Below, piece after piece: positions 61,814 through 64,000 of a stretch of 64,000 bases of DNA. Origin of the DNA: Lama glama. Taxonomy: Eukaryota. Positions within the stretch are counted from its first letter, which is position 1. Each line of letters opens with the position of its first letter. The notes beneath the pieces are model-generated. The model saw only the letters and a program-made list of their open reading frames with translations. It searched no databases and was not told the origin of the DNA. A program made the translations under genes and the position numbers. Where the stretch lies: assembly GCA_028534125.1 (NCBI GenBank), contig CM052816.1, forward strand, positions 63,242,001 through 63,306,000, in the 5' to 3' direction.

Positions 61814-62243
61814 TACTGGGCCAACCAAGTTCCTTCAAAGTCCAACAGCTCCCCATTCCCAGGCTCTCAGATGTCTGACATTCTTTACTGGGCATGCTTG
61901 CCCTAAGAAACTAAAAGCCCCAGGTAATAACCTCACAGTAGCTCAGGCTGGCTTGTTTCAGCCCACCTTATCAGAGTCATAAACCCCACCGCCCTTCAGC
62001 GACCCTAAACTTCTTACCTCACCTACAACCAATCAGGCACCTTGTGACCCAAACTTACAAAAGATCCCAATTACGGCCCTCGATGCTCACGCAGGGAGCC
62101 CTCGCCTGTGTGGCCCGCTGTTGCCTACGGCAGTGTAATCTAATACACTCCTTTCTATTCCCATACTTTATCTCTGGTAAGTTCTTTTACCAACCTGCGC
62201 GTCACCATGTCACCAACCATCCGCCCCGCTGTGTCCCACAACA
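61814..62243 (+). mobile_element. Solo LTR, family unassigned
   Basis: Interrupts collinear L1; ends cacaaca; CCAAT box ccaatcag; degenerate poly(A) signal aataca; flanks ctata/atata. Confidence 0.65.
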
Positions 62244-63124
62244 ATATAGATGTTAGGATGATCAGACAAGGAATTTAAAATAGCTACCATTAGTATGTCA
62301 AGGGCTCTGATGGAAAAAGCAGACAGCATGCATGAACAGATGGGTGTTGTAAGCAGAGAGAGAAATTCTAAGCAAGAATGAGAAGTAAATGCTAGAATTC
62401 AAAAACACTGTAACAGAAATAAACCAGAAAGTGATACCTAGGCATATCATATTTAACCATATTTAAGAAGAGCAAAGACAAGGAGAAAAATCTTGAAAGA
62501 CGTCAGAGAGAGGGAGGGAAAGCCATCTTACCTACAGAAGAACAAGGACACGAATAAAAGTAATAGTGGGCTTCCCTTCAAAAAACTGAGCAAGAAGGAA
62601 TATCAACCTGGAAACCTATATTCAGCAAAAGTATCCTTCAAAAGTGCGGGATAAATAAAGACTTTCTCAAACAAGCAAAAACTGAGAGAATTCATCATCA
62701 GAAGACCTCCCCTGCAAAAAAAAATGTTAAAAGGGTTAGGATTAGGGTGTGGGTCAGGAAAATTACGTACATCAGAAATTTAGCTCTATGTTAAAAAAGG
62801 ATGATTGTTGGAGAATAAGTGAAGGTAAAATCAAATCTTTTTTCAAAAATTCTTAATTTATCTGAAAGGTAACTGTTTAAAGTAATAGTAACAATGTACT
62901 GGGTGATTACAGCACATGGATGAGTTAGGTGATCAACAGCCACACCATAAGGGGTGGGATGGGAACACTGTCATAAAGTATCTACACTACACACGAGTAG
63001 TGTTATTTGAAGGTGGACTTAGGTTAGTAAGAAGTGTATATTGCAAACCTAGGCAACCATTACCATTTCTAAAAAAGAAATATAATTGAAAGTACATTAG
63101 ATGAAGTGCCGGGGACCCAAGGCT

Positions 63125-63235
63125 GTAGGTCTCACTTTCTGGGCCCACTCTCCTCGTCTGTGAAATGGTAAGTTTAGCATAGATCTCTCTCTGATTCCCT
63201 TTCTGCTCTGAAATTTTTGGACTAAAAATATTAAA
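63125..63235 (+). mobile_element. MIR3 SINE
   Basis: tcactttctgggccc...ctcgtctgtgaaatgg...agatctctctctgattccctttctgctctgaaattt. Confidence 0.7.
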
Positions 63236-64000
63236 ATATAGCAAATAAAAAATTAAAAGCCTACCGTTAAGTAGATGAAAGGTGATTAATAATCAATTCC
63301 CTAATCTATTACCTCAGTAAGTTTGAGTGTCCATGTTTCCATACTGTGAGTTGTCTTTAGCAGCCTTATCTAGTAAGTAGAAAAAAATAGTGAATTTGCT
63401 CACCTGGTTCAGCCTTTCTCAAAGCACTGTGTGCGAAGACAGAATATACAAGGCTGCAGAAAAGGCCATTTCACAGTATTGATTTCACTGCCAGAGACAG
63501 CACAAGACGTGTGCCTTTCATTCCAGAAAAGAAATAAACTGAGCTGCCTTCCTTGGCTAAATAGAGCTCATAATTAGTTTGTAATTACCTCCAGAACTGT
63601 CAATGGACTCTCCTCCCCTGGCTGGCTGTCAATACACTTCTGAGCTCAGGGTACACGTTTATGAGCTACAACTTCCCTGTCAATCAAAACGTTTTGCTTG
63701 TCTAGATTGTCGCTTAAGTTGCAACATTCACTGAAACAGAAAGAAGAAAGTCACTTTGGGGCTAGCCTAGAGAGCACTATGGAAATGACCTGTCCCTTTT
63801 GAAATGGGATACTCAATCCTGCTTCAGGCTAAAGTTACTGAGAAAACAAAAAGCTCACTGGCAGGTTTACTCACAGCTCATCTCCAGAATTTCCTGCTCT
63901 TGCAATAAAAATCTCCAACAAGCAGACTTCTAGTCATAAGGCCAATTTCCAGGTTGGCAGGCAGATATAAACGCCGTAAGCCTCCCTGGGCTCCCACCTG

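Larger units (their letters stand above)
60335..63100 (+). mobile_element. Old L1 5' region and ORF1 remnant (L1MC/MD-like), interrupted by two LTRs
   Basis: gtccagctttcaacacaaaatt...ggcatgc; atcagacaaggaatttaaaata; gtgatacctaggcatatcatatt; ttcagcaaaagtatccttcaaaagtg. Confidence 0.75.

Noticed and set aside
1..64000. Non-TE ORFs in the six-frame track as genes (e.g. 62-391, 21991-22449, 37926-38366, 55910-56344)
   Set aside because: Short, often non-ATG starts, no recognisable domains, many overlap repeats; expected by chance in mammalian DNA.
1..64000. Novel multi-gene, CRISPR-like or prokaryotic system
   Set aside because: No operon, repeat-spacer array, tRNA or rRNA seen; the content is explained by mammalian TEs and unique non-coding DNA.

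Overview
Mammalian, repeat-dense, non-coding DNA. It is most likely camelid: the L1 3' ends are of the cetartiodactyl/camelid type, and I saw no Alu, B1/B2, Bov-A/CHR, PRE-1 or Can-SINE. I found no recognisable host protein-coding exon or RNA gene, and no evidence for a new multi-gene system. The only ORFs I can assign to proteins are broken L1 ORF1/ORF2 and a dead Tigger1 transposase. Contents: a near full-length degenerate L1 (11.0-17.3 kb), a near full-length Tigger1 (49.3-51.6 kb), several solo LTRs (three with clear 4-bp TSDs), many MaLR, L2, MIR and hAT fossils, microsatellites and a 500-N gap. Most L1s and the better-preserved ERV LTRs are on the + strand and several exon-like segments are on the - strand, which suggests an intron of a gene transcribed on the - strand (inference). 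The best oddities are: (1) a 50-bp-arm inverted duplication inside L1 ORF2; (2) a 245-bp non-repeat, 3'UTR-like segment inserted cleanly into an L1 3' end with no TSD or poly(A); (3) a young CpG-intact L1 5' end running into the gap, implying kilobases of hidden sequence; (4) two related MER41-like LTRs with different STAT-site spacing. Repeat family names come from recalled consensus similarity, not from a search; boundaries are approximate unless a TSD or TIR is quoted.
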